A program made the translations under genes and the position numbers. The notes beneath the pieces were generated by a model. It saw only the letters and a list, made by a program, of their open reading frames with translations, was not told the DNA's origin and made no database searches. A DNA stretch of 64,000 nt from Octopus sinensis (lineage: Eukaryota): NCBI RefSeq assembly GCF_006345805.1, contig NC_043014.1, positions 14,322,001-14,386,000 on the forward strand, in the 5' to 3' direction. Numbering within the stretch: position 1 is the first letter of the stretch; the number at the start of each line of letters is the position of its first letter. This document shows, one piece after another, positions 50,323 through 63,647 of this stretch.

Positions 50323-51070
50323 TGAAGAAGCTTTTCACACTGTCAAAGTCACCCTATCCTTTCGTCTGTGATCATGTTCAATCTGGTGGAAAGATCAGGT
50401 CAAGACGAGTGGCGACAGAGACGAGTGCAGCGACTGACCAAGAAGTCTTATTTTCCTCACCTTGCTCTTTGCACTCCAGAATGTGCTTCTACAACTGCAC
50501 TCCGCTCCATCGAACCATGAAGGGTTTCTTGCGCAGAGTCCGGCGGACCCAGTCTTTCTATGCATATGAAGGCAAGCCCTAACTAACAAACAGTTACATA
50601 ACTATTTGTCTACCCCCACCTGTTTTGGTCCGCAAGTTTATCGTGATGCGGTCGCCGCTGCGTGCAAATAGCTACTTGGAGCTACCTGCGAAATTTGGGA
50701 GCTAGATGGAGACCGAAGCGAACGATCGAACCACCCCTCTGAGTGCAACGTGTTCTGCCTTCAAAAATGTTATCCCTCCCTGGCAACCCCGTACACCCCA
50801 TACTTGTCATAAGTTGATCTTATTGAGCACTGCCCCTCCTCCCTCAAAACTAAAGTGGCAAGCACCGAACTCGATCCGTCAAGTCATCTATTTCATCACT
50901 GTCCACCGCCCTGCTACGCACACATATACGCAATAAATCATACTTTTATAAAGAGATATTTTTTCCCATCAATGTTACGATCGAGTCCATTAGTTCTCTA
51001 CCGAGTTATGGCCTCCATTAGCACTGAAACCTCACGCGTACCAACACGCGCTTACACACACACACACACA

Positions 51071-51120
<50 letters not shown>

Positions 51121-51169
51121 AAACACACACACACACACACGCACGCACACACACATAGATGCATGCGCT

Positions 51170-51450
51170 TAGAAGCATACACTTCTGCAGACATGCACAC
51201 CACCACCATCACTGGCACCACTACTAACATCATCATCACCACCATGACGACGACCATGGCGACGATGACCACGACCACGGCGACGACGACCACGACGACC
51301 ACGACCACGACCACCACCATCATCGTCATCGTAGTCATCGTTGTCGTCGTCGTCATCAATATCATCATCATCATCATCTTATCCTCCTCATCGTCTCTAT
51401 AATTATGATTCCTACACAACACGCCTTCATTACATTTCCATTATGTCAAA

Positions 51451-51514
<64 letters not shown>

Positions 51515-52210
51515 TAACTATCAATTTCACCACCAATTTCACCATCGCCATTAATCCACCACCACCAACACCACCACCACCACCACCACCACCACGACCA
51601 CTTCTACCACCGCCACTATTACCATCATTGCACCGTAACAAGAGTCATCACCACCGTCATAGCCATCACCACTGCGGATATTACCACCACTAACACCACC
51701 ACCATCAGCAACACCACCACCAGCAACACCACCACAACCAACACCACCACCACCACTACCATCACAACAACTATAACAACAACAACCACTAGAAGTATGA
51801 TTAGCAACTACCGCGTCACTACATGAACCGCCGTCAATCCTACAACTACCACCACCACAGTGCCATAACTATCATTCCCACAACTACCACAACTTCCACT
51901 GTCACACTGAATCTCACAACTGCTCCCCGAACCGCTACCACTCTAACAACTGCTACCTGTACCCTTACAACTTCCAGCCACTGTAGCTATCCGGATCACC
52001 CTGACCCCTAGAACCATCAGTCCCACCACCACCGCCGCCACGACCACCACGACCACCACGCCCAGCACCAGCATCAGCACCAGCACCAGCACCAGCACCA
52101 GCACCACCACCACCACCACCACTACTACTACCACCACCATCACCACCACCACCACTAGCACCAGCACCAGCACCAGCACCAGCACCAGCACCACCGCCAT
52201 TACCACCACC

Positions 52211-52242
<32 letters not shown>

Positions 52243-52570
52243 CAACAACAACAACGCCACCACCACCATTAACAACAACCATCACACCGCTACCACCATC
52301 ACCTCTACCATCACCGCCACCACCATCACCGCTACCATCACCGCCACTATCAACACTGCTATTATCCCCCCTACCACCACCACTACCTTCCATCATGGTA
52401 ACTTCTGTCAGTGGACATAACTGGAACCCATCCCGTCCCCCATCCCTGTCTCCTGTGTTAATTAATACATGAAAGTTATTCATTATAAGAAAGAAGAGAA
52501 ATTCTAATGGCCATAAAGACAATAGCAGCAAGAACAAGAACAACGACAACAACAACAGCAACAATATCGC
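51170..52570. repeat. Cryptic trinucleotide/hexanucleotide repeat field (ACC, ACT, ACG, AAC, ACCAGC)
   Basis: Direct reading. All overlapping ORFs are low-complexity. Confidence 0.9.
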
Positions 52571-53724
52571 TAATAACAACTCACAAACACATACAGATAA
52601 TATACAGTGGTTTATTTAAAAATCAATTTTCACTTTAAAACCTCGAAGACAATGATATCAGCCACAACAACAACAACTACAAGAAAATTATTACGCAAAA
52701 TAAAAAAAAAATAAAAAGAATAACTCAAGGAAAAAATAAAGAATAATATAAATAAAAAATATTAAAACAATAGCTATAAATAAAAACGAAAGCAAACAAA
52801 AATAAACAGTAAAAAAAACGGAGCCAAACGTATATGACAGCAGAATCGCCATTTTGGATGGCGTTTTCAGAAATGACGCAGAAAGACAAAACCCATTTTC
52901 GATGGAAACCAAATGTGTCGTAGTTTTGTGATATCAACATGAAATATTGTTGAAATCAGTGTGTCCTGTATGAAATCAATAATCCATTGTCGGAAATACG
53001 TCGTTAATAAGGGATCCGATTCTCTGTTAATTAACCGTTTGCTATGGTAACAAAACAGCAACAACAAAAACATCAACTGTTAGAATAACAAAAACACAAA
53101 TAAACAAGCGGTCATTGTTACCGAATTATGGAAGGAAAGAAGGGACAAAAACAATAAGCATAACGATAATGAAAATGATAATGTTTAAGACACGACGACA
53201 ACGACGACCACGACGATATTGATGACAACGAGCAGAACAAAAAAAGAAATAATTTTTTTTCTTTCCTTTATAGCTTTGTAGTCTATATCACTATATAGTC
53301 TATAATCTCTATCACGGATAATCGTTAATAGAGTGAGGATGAGTAAATAAAATGTGTCAGTGGAGCTAGTGAAGGTGTGTGGCCTATTGGATAGGGTGTT
53401 GCACCTACGATCACAAGATCGCGATTTCGATTCCCGGATTGGGCGGCGCGTTGTGTTCATGGGCAAAACACTACAGTCGTTCATGAGTAACCCTGCGACG
53501 GACTTTTGCCCCATTCAGGGAGCAATGTTGTGATCATATGGAAACTAGATAACCGGTTTTTGAGCCAGTACTTAGCGAGATGCAATGGCAAGAGTCTTTA
53601 CAGTGTTGGATAGAAGTATTTGTTCAGACTCTGTCCCCTGAGTTCAAACCCCCATCGAGGTCAACTTTACCTCTTATATTTTCATCACCATCAACCTGGT
53701 AGACTCGTTATAGTGAAGATGCAG

Positions 53725-53756
<32 letters not shown>

Positions 53757-53967
53757 ATAGCAGCAGCAGCAGCAGCCGTTCAAGAATTTGGACCTGGAGA
53801 TCTCCATTTCCAGCGACTTCGAGGGCCATCTCCCAGTGGTGTCGGGCGTCAACGAAGAGCCCTCGACTACAACAAGACGACCAAAGTTTTTTTTTCTCCA
53901 AGGTCTGGGGTCTCCCGCTCCTAAGCCCTAGACCATCACCTAATCACCCTTACTCGTCTTGTTGCTT

Positions 53968-54001
<34 letters not shown>

Positions 54002-54677
54002 GCAGCAGCAGCAACAGCAGTAGCAGCTCTTAAACATTACTGTCTCAAATCATAAGACTCAGAGGGTTACCTGGTTTCCATGGCATATATGTGACCGAGA
54101 TCACAAAATTTCCTCTGAATTGGGAGTCCATGTCCTCCACTTCCACTTGACTACCAGTGTTGATTTGTTTGCCTCCCTCATAATTTAGCAGTTCGGCAAA
54201 AAACAACGTTAAGATAAACATCGGACATACAATTAAGTATTGGGTTCATTTGTTCGACTAAACCAGTGTCTCTCAGTCATTTTTTTTACTTATAGATCCC
54301 TTTTGATCCCTATTTTGCTCTGGTGGACTTCATTACCATTTGTTGTTTTAAAAAAATCCTATTACATTTTCTAATTTGATTTTATTAGGAATTGTATAAA
54401 TGAAAATTGTTAAAATAAAATATTTTGTGTATTATCGAAATACAACCAGTTTATTGCAGATAAATTTTGATAACAAAATCTTATATGGATCCTGGCTGAG
54501 ATCCAATGGACTTCACCCTTAAAAGTGATGCCCTTGTATGACCGCAGTTCAATAACTAATGCAGGAAGTAAATATCGAAACTGTCATTTCAAGGAACATA
54601 AAAATCTTAATATTCAAGTTTGTCTTAATTCTAAAGGATCATCCAGTTGGAGCTTATTCCAGTTTCTGCGGAATTTA

Positions 54678-55035
54678 ACTCTTTTACTCTTTTAGTTGTT
54701 TCAGTCATTTGACTGTGGCATGCTGGAGCACCACCTTTAGTCGAGCAAATCAACTCCAGGATTTATTCTTTGTAAGCCTAGTACTTATTGTGTAGGTCAC
54801 TTTTGCCGAACTGCTAAGTTACAGGGACGTAAACACACCACCATCGGTTGTCAAGCGATGTTGTGAGGACAAACACAGACACACAAACATATACACACAG
54901 TACACATATATATACATATATACGACGGGCTTCTTTCAGTTTCTGTCTACCAAATCCACTCACAAGGCTTTGGTCAGCCCGAAGCTATAGTAGAATATAC
55001 TAGCCCAAGGTGGCACGCAGTGGGACTGAACCTGG
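54678..55035 (-). mobile_element. SINE family A
   Basis: Collinear with the other family A copies. Confidence 0.85.
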
Positions 55036-55759
55036 AACCATATGGTTCGTAAGCTGTTTAAAACTCACACGTGAACAGGATTCTACGGATAGGTTTATAC
55101 TTTCAATGCGACAGAGTCCATCCTTGGATCTTTCATCTTATCAGGCCTTGCAGAATTCCGGCTTTTGCAGAGTTCATAGTTTAGGTCCAACCCAAGTCAA
55201 CTCGACCTTTTATTTTGCTTTGATTTGCTCTTGACAACCTAACAAAGGTGATCACAGCGTCGATCCAAGACGTTTATCTTCCTCCGTCTCCAGCACATTG
55301 TTTCTCATGGGAACGGATGTGACCGACAAGACCGATACGAAATAGGCAGATCCTGTGGCAATGAAGGCAATGAAAATGGCCCCGAACAACAGCTGCAGGG
55401 GGTTGATGACGACGGCTTCTCTTCTCTTCATGCATTCTCCTGCGATAGGCTTCAAAGCGATCAGCTCCAGCATCCAACACGGGCCTCCATACCTTTCGGT
55501 TGGAGTCCCTGTCTGTTAGGACAGGCACTCCAACTGATTGAGAGTAATGGCGGTGAGCTGGCTAATATTTAGAGCATTGAACGAAACACTTCCTGGTAGT
55601 TTCCGTATCACTCCGTTCAGAGTTCAAATTAAACCATAGTCAGCTCTCTGGACTAAATCCGTTGCTTGGTCGAACACAATCACCTGATCCTTGGCTACCT
55701 TTTGCAGTGCAATGGCTGGAACCAGAGATCGAAATAGGATTGCAATTTCATTTAATCAC

Positions 55760-55796
<37 letters not shown>

Positions 55797-56137
55797 TGTG
55801 TGTGTGTTAATGTGAAAGAGAAAAAGAGAGAGTTACGTGTATGTGAGTGATAGAGAGAGAGGGAGAGAGAGAGGGCGAGAGAGACTCCTATGTAGTCGTA
55901 TGATATGTTAGAAAAAGCAACCAAATCTCCCTCAAATAACACGCAACTGTCTAAAACAAGGAAAGACTCTCTGGACAATATAGTCCTAGATATGGCATAT
56001 CAGAAAATATGACAAGTCAGCAATGCAATGTTAATAATCACAGTTACGCTCGATCTCTTTGGGGTTAAACCACCACAATAACAATAAAAATATACAATAT
56101 TCATCCTAAAATACTTGCATCTTATACATGGATGGAA

Positions 56138-56514
56138 GCACTCCGTCGGTTACGACGACGAGGGTTCCGGTTGATCCGAATTAACGGAACAGCCTGCTCG
56201 GGAAATTAACGTGTAAGTGGCTGAGCACTCCACAGACACGTGTACCTTTAACGTAGTTCTCGGGGATATTCAGCGTGACACAGAGAGTGACAAGGCCGGC
56301 CCTTTGAAATACAGGTACAACAGAAACAAAGTAAGAGTGAGAGAAAGTTGTGGTGAAAGAGTACAGCATGAATCACCACCATCCCCTGCCGGAGCCTCGT
56401 GGAGCTTTAGGTGTTTTCGCTCAATAAACACTCACAACGCCCGGTCTGGGAATCGAAACCGCGATCCTATGACTGCGAGTCCGCTGCCCTAACCACTGGG
56501 CCATTGCGCCTCCA
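56138..56514 (-). mobile_element. SINE family B head with tail type 3
   Basis: Same head as 18993 and 20009, but an unrelated 3' half ending GAACCCTCGTCGTCGTAACCGACGGAGTGC. Confidence 0.8.
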
Positions 56515-56963
56515 CATCTTATACACACACACACAAGCACACATATATATACACGCGCGTGCATGTTATATTTTAAGCATGTTACGTATAAGCTCTGACC
56601 TGTTAGCTTCATCAGACTAATGAAACTAGCGGGGCGAAGCTTATATCTGCAACCACATGGGAGAAAATATATTTGTGTGGCCACACTCCTGTATTGAACT
56701 CTAAATCAGATAATGTTTTAATCATTGTTCGACACACTTTGGCGTGGCTATGTGCTAAGAAGCTTGCTTCCCAACGACATGGTTCCGGGTTCAGAAGACA
56801 AAAAGAGAAACGAACACGTTTCTCTTTTTGTCTTCTGCAATTTTATTTTTTATCTTCAATATATATATATGAAGATTTTCCCTCCTTTTGGCTGTTTTGC
56901 TGTCTACAAAACAGTAAGTTACATTGTGGAACAGTTATTTTAACGAGTTGTTTTTATACATTT

Positions 56964-57067
56964 ATCACCCGACGAGATACATCTGCACCACCGGATGCTC
57001 CTGAACCAGTTGTTGAGTGTCCCACAAGAGGAATCGATGCTAAATGTGTCGAAACAATTGTCGTGAT
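56964..57067 (+). ncRNA. Type I hammerhead with a U4C core variant
   Basis: Stem I AUCAC/GUGAU, core CCGACGA, stem II GAUACAU/AUGUGUC with a ~60-nt insert, GAAAC-AAUU-GUC (predicted cut after 57062). Confidence 0.7.
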
Positions 57068-57089
57068 TAATAATAAATTCTCGTATATT

Positions 57090-57141
<52 letters not shown>

Positions 57142-57739
57142 TATATATATGACGGAATTCTTTCAGTTTCCATCTACCAAAACCACTCGCAAGGCTTTGG
57201 TTGGTCCAAGGCTATAGTTGAAGACACTCGCTCAGAGTACCACACAGTGGGACTGAGCTCTGAACCATGTGGTGCCAGAACAAACTTGTAACCACACAGC
57301 TTAGGGCACTAAGGGTATCACAGAAATAGTAAATGGTTTACGGCACAAAAAAAATCACTTTAAACTTACTAAAATAATATTCGAAGTAAGTGGTTTATAT
57401 GATCGAAAATATAATTCTGAAGTGTTCATGGTACCATAGTGAGGATCTGATGAAATACTTTGCAATTAGAAATGTAGGAGAAAACTTTTGAAATATAAAT
57501 AAATGGAATTATACAAAAACAAACATTATTTTCTGCTTTGCTGTTAGTTTTGTTTCATTTTGAAGAATAAAAAAATTATCTCATGGTTTATATTGTAAAT
57601 TACATATAAAGAACAGAAGGGCTGAGAAGATGTCTGTCTACTCGTGACAACATAGGCACCTGAAACCATTAATAAAAGCATGGTACGCGTTACCAACCAA
57701 TCAACCTCACGCTCACTTGCTTTGCTAGTGACGGTTGTA

Positions 57740-58676
57740 TACACACACACACATACATACATAATACATACATACATACATGCATACATACATACATACA
57801 TACATGCATGCATGCATACATACATACATACATACACACACAAATACATACATACATACATACATACATACATGCATACATACATACATACATGCATACA
57901 TACATACATACACACATACATACATATACACATACATATATATACATACATACATATATACATACATACATGCATGCATACATACATACATACATACATA
58001 CATACATACATACATACATACATACATGCATGCATACATACATATATACATGCATGCATGCATACATACATACATACATGCATGCATACATACATACATA
58101 CATACATGCATACATACATACATACATACACACACATACTACATACATACATACATACATACATACATACATACATACATACATGCATGCATACATACAT
58201 ACATACATACATACAACATACATACATACATACATACAACACACATACTACCTACATACATACTACATACATACATACATGCATGCATACATACATACAT
58301 ACATACATACATACATACATACATACATACATACACACACATACATACATACATACATACACACACAACATACATACTACATACATACATACATACATAC
58401 ATCATGCATACATACTACATACATACTACATACATACATACACATACATACATACATGCATGCATACATACATATATACATGCATGCATGCATACATACA
58501 TACATACATGCATGCATACATACATACATACATACATACATACATACATACATACATACATACATACATACTACATGCATGCATACATACATACATACAT
58601 ACATACATACATACATACATACATACATACATACATACATACATACATACATACATACATACATACATACATACGT
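57740..58676. repeat. ~940-bp (CATA)n microsatellite with CATG variants
   Basis: Direct reading. Confidence 0.95.
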
Positions 58677-58810
58677 ATTTACATATATACAGTAAAAATA
58701 TGCAAGACTTCTCTCAAGTTTCAAATGTAGCCTTGTATATTTGTTGGAAATCGGCTGCCTCCACAGTGGAAGATTTCTAATAATTAAAAAAATAGAAGAG
58801 ACATACATAT

Positions 58811-59217
58811 AGGCGCAGGAGTGGCTGTGTGGTATGTAGCTTGCTAACCAACCACATGGTTCCGGGTTCAGTCCCACTGCGTGGCATCTTGGGCAAGTGT
58901 CTTCTGCTATAGCCCCGGGCCGACCAATGCCTTGTGAGTGGATTTGGTAGACGGAAACTGAAAGAAGCCTGTCGTATATATGTATATGTATATATATGTA
59001 TGTGTTTGTGTGTCTGTGTTTGTCCCCGTAGCATTGCTTGACAGCCGATGCTGGTGTGTTTACGTCCCCGTCACTTAGCGGTTCGGCAAAAGAGACCGAT
59101 AGAATATGTACTGGGATTACAACGAATAAGTCCCGGGGTCGATTTGCTCGACAAAAGGCGGTGCTCCAGCATGGCCGCAGTGAAAATGACTGAAACAAGT
59201 AAAAGAGTAAAAGAGTA
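58811..59217 (+). mobile_element. SINE family A, full length
   Basis: Complete head to the (AAAAGAGT) tail. Confidence 0.88.
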
Positions 59218-59577
59218 TATACAGACATACATACCTACAATCCGGAATATAAATACGCATTCATACCAATAATAATTGGAGCCCCTGGTTTTGTAAGTAA
59301 ATGCCTAACTGTCGGTCAAGATAAGTTTGGATTTTCAGAAAAAGAAATAAACCAACTAATTCGCACATTACAAATACAAACTGTAAGCGGAACAGTTAAA
59401 TTATGCAAGACTTTTCTCAGGTTTAAAATGTGATATTATTTTCGTTATCTACATTCTGAAGATAGAGCTGTGTATCTTTCTTAGAAACCAGCTCTTTTTT
59501 CAGAGGAAGATTTTAAATGATTTTAAAGTGACCGAGGTTGACCATCACTGACCATTAAAAACATTGTGCATTTATAC

Positions 59578-59756
59578 AGTTCTATATTTAAGAGATGAGG
59601 TATTATCTACATTATTTACATTATTTACATTCGACGGATATTTGTCCTCATCCTGTTTGTTGTTAACACAACGTTTCGGTTGATATACCCCCAAGCTTTC
59701 TTTAGGCGTCTTGGGGAAATTTCGAACCTGGGTTCTCATTTCTAAATATTTTTCGA

Positions 59757-59824
<68 letters not shown>

Positions 59825-60163
59825 CATTATTATTATTATTGTTAATGTTCAGGTCACTGCTTGGAATCGAACTCGGAATCAACATCAACAGGGTAGTTAT
59901 GCAGGGTTGCGTAGTGGTTACGAGCGCAGGCTACTAATCCCAAGATTTCGAATTCGACTCCAAGCAGTGACCTGAACACTAACAACAACAACAACAACAA
60001 CACAACAACAATAATAACATCGAAAAATACCTTTGGGATGAGAACCCATTTCCCCAAGACACCTGAAGAAGGCTGGAGGGTGTATCAGCCGAAACGTTGT
60101 GTTAACAACAAACAAGATGAGGACAAATATCCGTCGAATGTGAATAATGTAAATAATGTAAAT
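59578..60163. mobile_element. Head-to-head dimer of a tRNA(Thr)-headed, hammerhead-bearing short element with a 15-bp TSD
   Basis: Minus copy 59578-59880 (5'-truncated at the B-box) and plus copy ~59903-60163 (A-box TTGCGTAGTGG, B-box, (AAC)n, HHR). ATTGTGCATTTATAC flanks the pair at 59563-77 and 60164-78. Confidence 0.85.
60058..60103 (+). ncRNA. Minimal type I hammerhead (extra A after A9, loopless palindromic stem III)
   Basis: Stem I GACAC/GUGUU, core CUGAAGA+A, stem II GGCUGG/UCAGCC, GAAAC-GUU. The inverted copy at ~59665-59710 has G5->A and a broken stem II. Confidence 0.7.
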
Positions 60164-60437
60164 ATTGTGCATTTATACTTTATACTTCACACTTAAATAA
60201 TGAGTCCAGCTCTTGATAAACACACATCTGCAGATATTGCCGACCAAGTTTCCCTTATTCGCTACATTGGTGGCGCGTTTCCGAACACCTTGTTTAAATT
60301 CTATATGAAAATGTTTGTCATTTTTTCTTTTTCGAAAATATCCACTTCTTTCTCTCCTTGTTTGCTTCCATGGTTCCGATGACAAGCATTGCTTTTCCAA
60401 TTGGAAAGGAATCAAGAAATAGAACTTAATAATAGCT

Positions 60438-60471
<34 letters not shown>

Positions 60472-60664
60472 AACCACATGTATATGTGGGTTGGTTTATG
60501 CGTACATATATATATATACATACATACAGATATATATATATATATATATATATATGTGCATGTATATATATATGTATATATACATAGATACAAACATTTG
60601 GATACGCACACATATATACATGCATACATACAAACGTACATACATACATACATACATACATACA

Positions 60665-60698
<34 letters not shown>

Positions 60699-61412
60699 CA
60701 TAGACAGATAACTATATGCTCGAGTTTACACACGTAAATCAAAGCATACAGATCTGCACGTCTACCAGCTCCTAATACAGGCACACACACACACTCGCGC
60801 GCGCGCGTGCAACCCTGCATGACTACCCTGTTGATGTCAAAATTCTTGTGAAGGAGCGCCTTTGATCTCTGTTAGAAATTGGCTCTCCCCCCATTGGCAA
60901 GGAATCTAGAAATAAAACTTAATAACACATACATAAATACATATATATATATATATATATAATACGTATATACGTACATGCATACATGTATGTAATATAT
61001 GTTTATATATATATATATATATATATACATACATACACACAAACACGCACACACACACATATATATAGTTATATGTATGCGCATATAGGCATACACAGAC
61101 ACGAGCATTTGTATCCGTAAACTACATCAGTGACTCGAGCTCTTAGACTTTCGTCCCAGGGTGGTAGTAGTTAAAGTTCTCTGACACGAAACTCTAGGTC
61201 CTTGAGTCACTGGTCTGTAAGTAAACTAATATAACTACTCTCTATATTGATTTTTCTCTTCCCTTCCCGGTTATATAACTTGTCCTTGTCTTTTTCCTCC
61301 TTCTCCATTCCTCTCCCTCCCACTCTGCTTTGTGTGTGTGTGTATACACTCACACACATACACACACATATATACATATATACATACATACATATATACA
61401 TTATTATTATTA

Positions 61413-61487
<75 letters not shown>

Positions 61488-62742
61488 CTTTTCTTTCATC
61501 TCAGGTTTTGTTGGAGCTCCTGGACTCTTGCATGCGTAGCAGGCTTACTACCTGCAGCCTACGGTTCCATGCTATTCGTTCTTTTCAACTATCCAATACT
61601 TTCCTGATTATTCTGGCCGTGCCAAGGAGGCAAGGCTCTTGTAACAGTTCTACTGGGCACTCTCTTTCAATTTCCTTTATATTCCTCTTGATGCCTTCTG
61701 ATACTGTTCCCAAGGACCCAACAATAATTGGTTCTATCTTCGTCTTCATTTTCCATAGTCGGGCTATTTCGTAATTAAGGGGGTTGTATCCATCTCTCTT
61801 TTCGCCTTCCTACTTAACTATTCGTGGATCAAAGGGGGGCATGCAGTATCAACTATATAGCACATGTGGTGCACCTTGTCCACCACCACTAGATTCGGTC
61901 TGTTATGCTCTAGCAGCTGATCTGTTTGGATTGGGAAATCCCAAAGAATTTTGCTAGATTCCGACTCTGCCATTCTCAACGGCTTGTGCTCATACCGCGT
62001 CTTGCCTCTCTCTAGCCCCCACTTTTCTCACAGTTTCCAATGTAACACTTTCGCTACCTGGTCATGTCGCTACTATTTGTTGTGGTTTTGGGCAAATATA
62101 TGCGTGAAACCATTGCCCATATCACGAATGAATGCCTTAGACTTGCCCAAAACCACTACATTCGTGATATACGCAATGGTTTCACCCACTCTATTGCAGA
62201 TGCGGCACAGTGGGGTCACTTGCTCATTCCTCAGGTTAACCATCCAGTTCGTCGATAGAGCTTGGACCTACGCTGCCAGTATAGAGCTCTTGGTCACTTT
62301 TTTAGGGTTCTTTTCATAAGCCAATCCTATCTATTTTTTCCGGCAACTTCTGTTGTGGCTACATGAAATTGATTGTGTAGTCCCTTCTTGCGTAATTCTT
62401 CTTCAATCCTTTTTGTGCTTCTTCCTTTGTCTTCCCTTTTTTCTCTGCTCCTACACTCCCTCGTTTTTAACTGTCACTAGCAAGGTTTCCTTGCTTTGGG
62501 CTAGGTATCTAATTAAACTCTCGAGTTCGATACAGGCGCAGTCTTCCACACTTATCATCCCCCTTCCTCCATTTGCTCTCTTCATGTATAGGCGATCAGT
62601 GTCTGCACGTGGATTATGGGCTCCATGCATCGTTAGGAGCTCTCTTGACTTCCTGTCCATCTCTTTTAGCTTCCCCTCTTTCCACTTCAGGATTCCAGTA
62701 CCCTACCGAACTACTACGATTGCGCGCGAGTTTATTGCCGAA
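61488..62742 (-). mobile_element. R4/Dong-like LINE (5'-truncated: thumb, CCHC, RLE, 3' UTR) ending in (TAA)n
   Basis: AINSRA..., RLYMKRANGGRGMISVED, LCRIC..VGETIA.IT, RHDQVA, IEPIIVGSLGTV and CLLGTARIIRKVL* (stop 61585-87). About 97-nt UTR, then (ATT)n at 61400-61487. Several stops and frameshifts. Confidence 0.88.
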
Positions 62743-62998
62743 ATTATGTGTCTGGCAGGTCTGTGTGCCTTGCGTATGTGCTGCGGTTTGTTGTGGTGCT
62801 CTTATTTTTACTGTATTCAAAGTGCTTTACGTAGGACGTGTGCGGTGCCTAGTAGTGCTATTTTCTGTATGTTGTTATTAGTAAGTCTTGGTGTTTTAGT
62901 TTTGTATTTGTCTGAATGTTTTCTAACCATACCTAAACACCTATTATTATAGGGATTGTTTCTGTTTTGGGGCTCCACATTTGGGATATCTCTATCTC
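62743..62998 (-). mobile_element. 3' end of a second R4/Dong-like family, directly upstream of the previous element
   Basis: EIEISQMWSPKTETIPIIIGVLG...QKIALLGTAHVLRKAL plus a partial UTR. Its 5' side abuts (TTC)n at 62999-63205. Confidence 0.75.
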
Positions 62999-63258
62999 CA
63001 TTCTTCTTCTTCTTCTTCTTCTTCTTCTTCTCCTTCTTCTTCTTCTTCTTCTTCTTCTTCTTCTTCTTCTCTTCTTCTTCTTTCTTCTTCTTCTTCTCTT
63101 CTTCTCTCTTCTTCTTCTTCTTCTTCTTCTTCTTCTTCTTCTTCTTCTTCTTCTCTCTTCTTCTTCGTCTTCTTCGTTCTTCTTCCTTCTTCTTCTTCTT
63201 CTTCGTTCGGTCTTGTACTATAAAAAATAATAATAATAAAACTAATAATAATAATAAT

Positions 63259-63319
<61 letters not shown>

Positions 63320-63324
63320 TAATA

Positions 63325-63366
<42 letters not shown>

Positions 63367-63381
63367 TTTATTATATTATTA

Positions 63382-63419
<38 letters not shown>

Positions 63420-63420
<1 letters not shown>

Positions 63421-63625
63421 GGCAGGGAGCTGGCAGAATCGTCAGCATGCTGGGCAAAATGCTTAGCTGTATTTCGCCCGTCGCTACGTTCTGAGTTCAA
63501 ATTCCGCCAGGGTCGACTTTTCATCCTTTCGGGGTCGATAAATTAAGTACCAGTATAGCACCGGGGTTGATATAAACGACTAGCCTCCTCCCCTCAAATT
63601 TCAGGCCTTGTGTCTATAATAAAAA
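63420..63625 (+). mobile_element. SINE family C (variant tail)
   Basis: GGCAGGGAGCTGGCAGAATCG head, B-box and GTCGAC body. Confidence 0.8.
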
Positions 63626-63647
63626 GGATAATAATAATAATTATTAT

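Noticed and set aside
51018-52579. Gly/Val/Thr-rich ORFs resembling structural or glycine-rich proteins
   Set aside because: They derive from abutting trinucleotide tracts open in several frames, with no signal peptide or splice support.
56590-56630. Minus-strand CTGATGAAGCT...AGC resembling a hammerhead 5' half
   Set aside because: The GAAA and stem I are missing.
57544-58780. ORFs up to 366 aa of HTYI/MYVC repeats
   Set aside because: Stop-free (CATA)n microsatellite with no coding signal.
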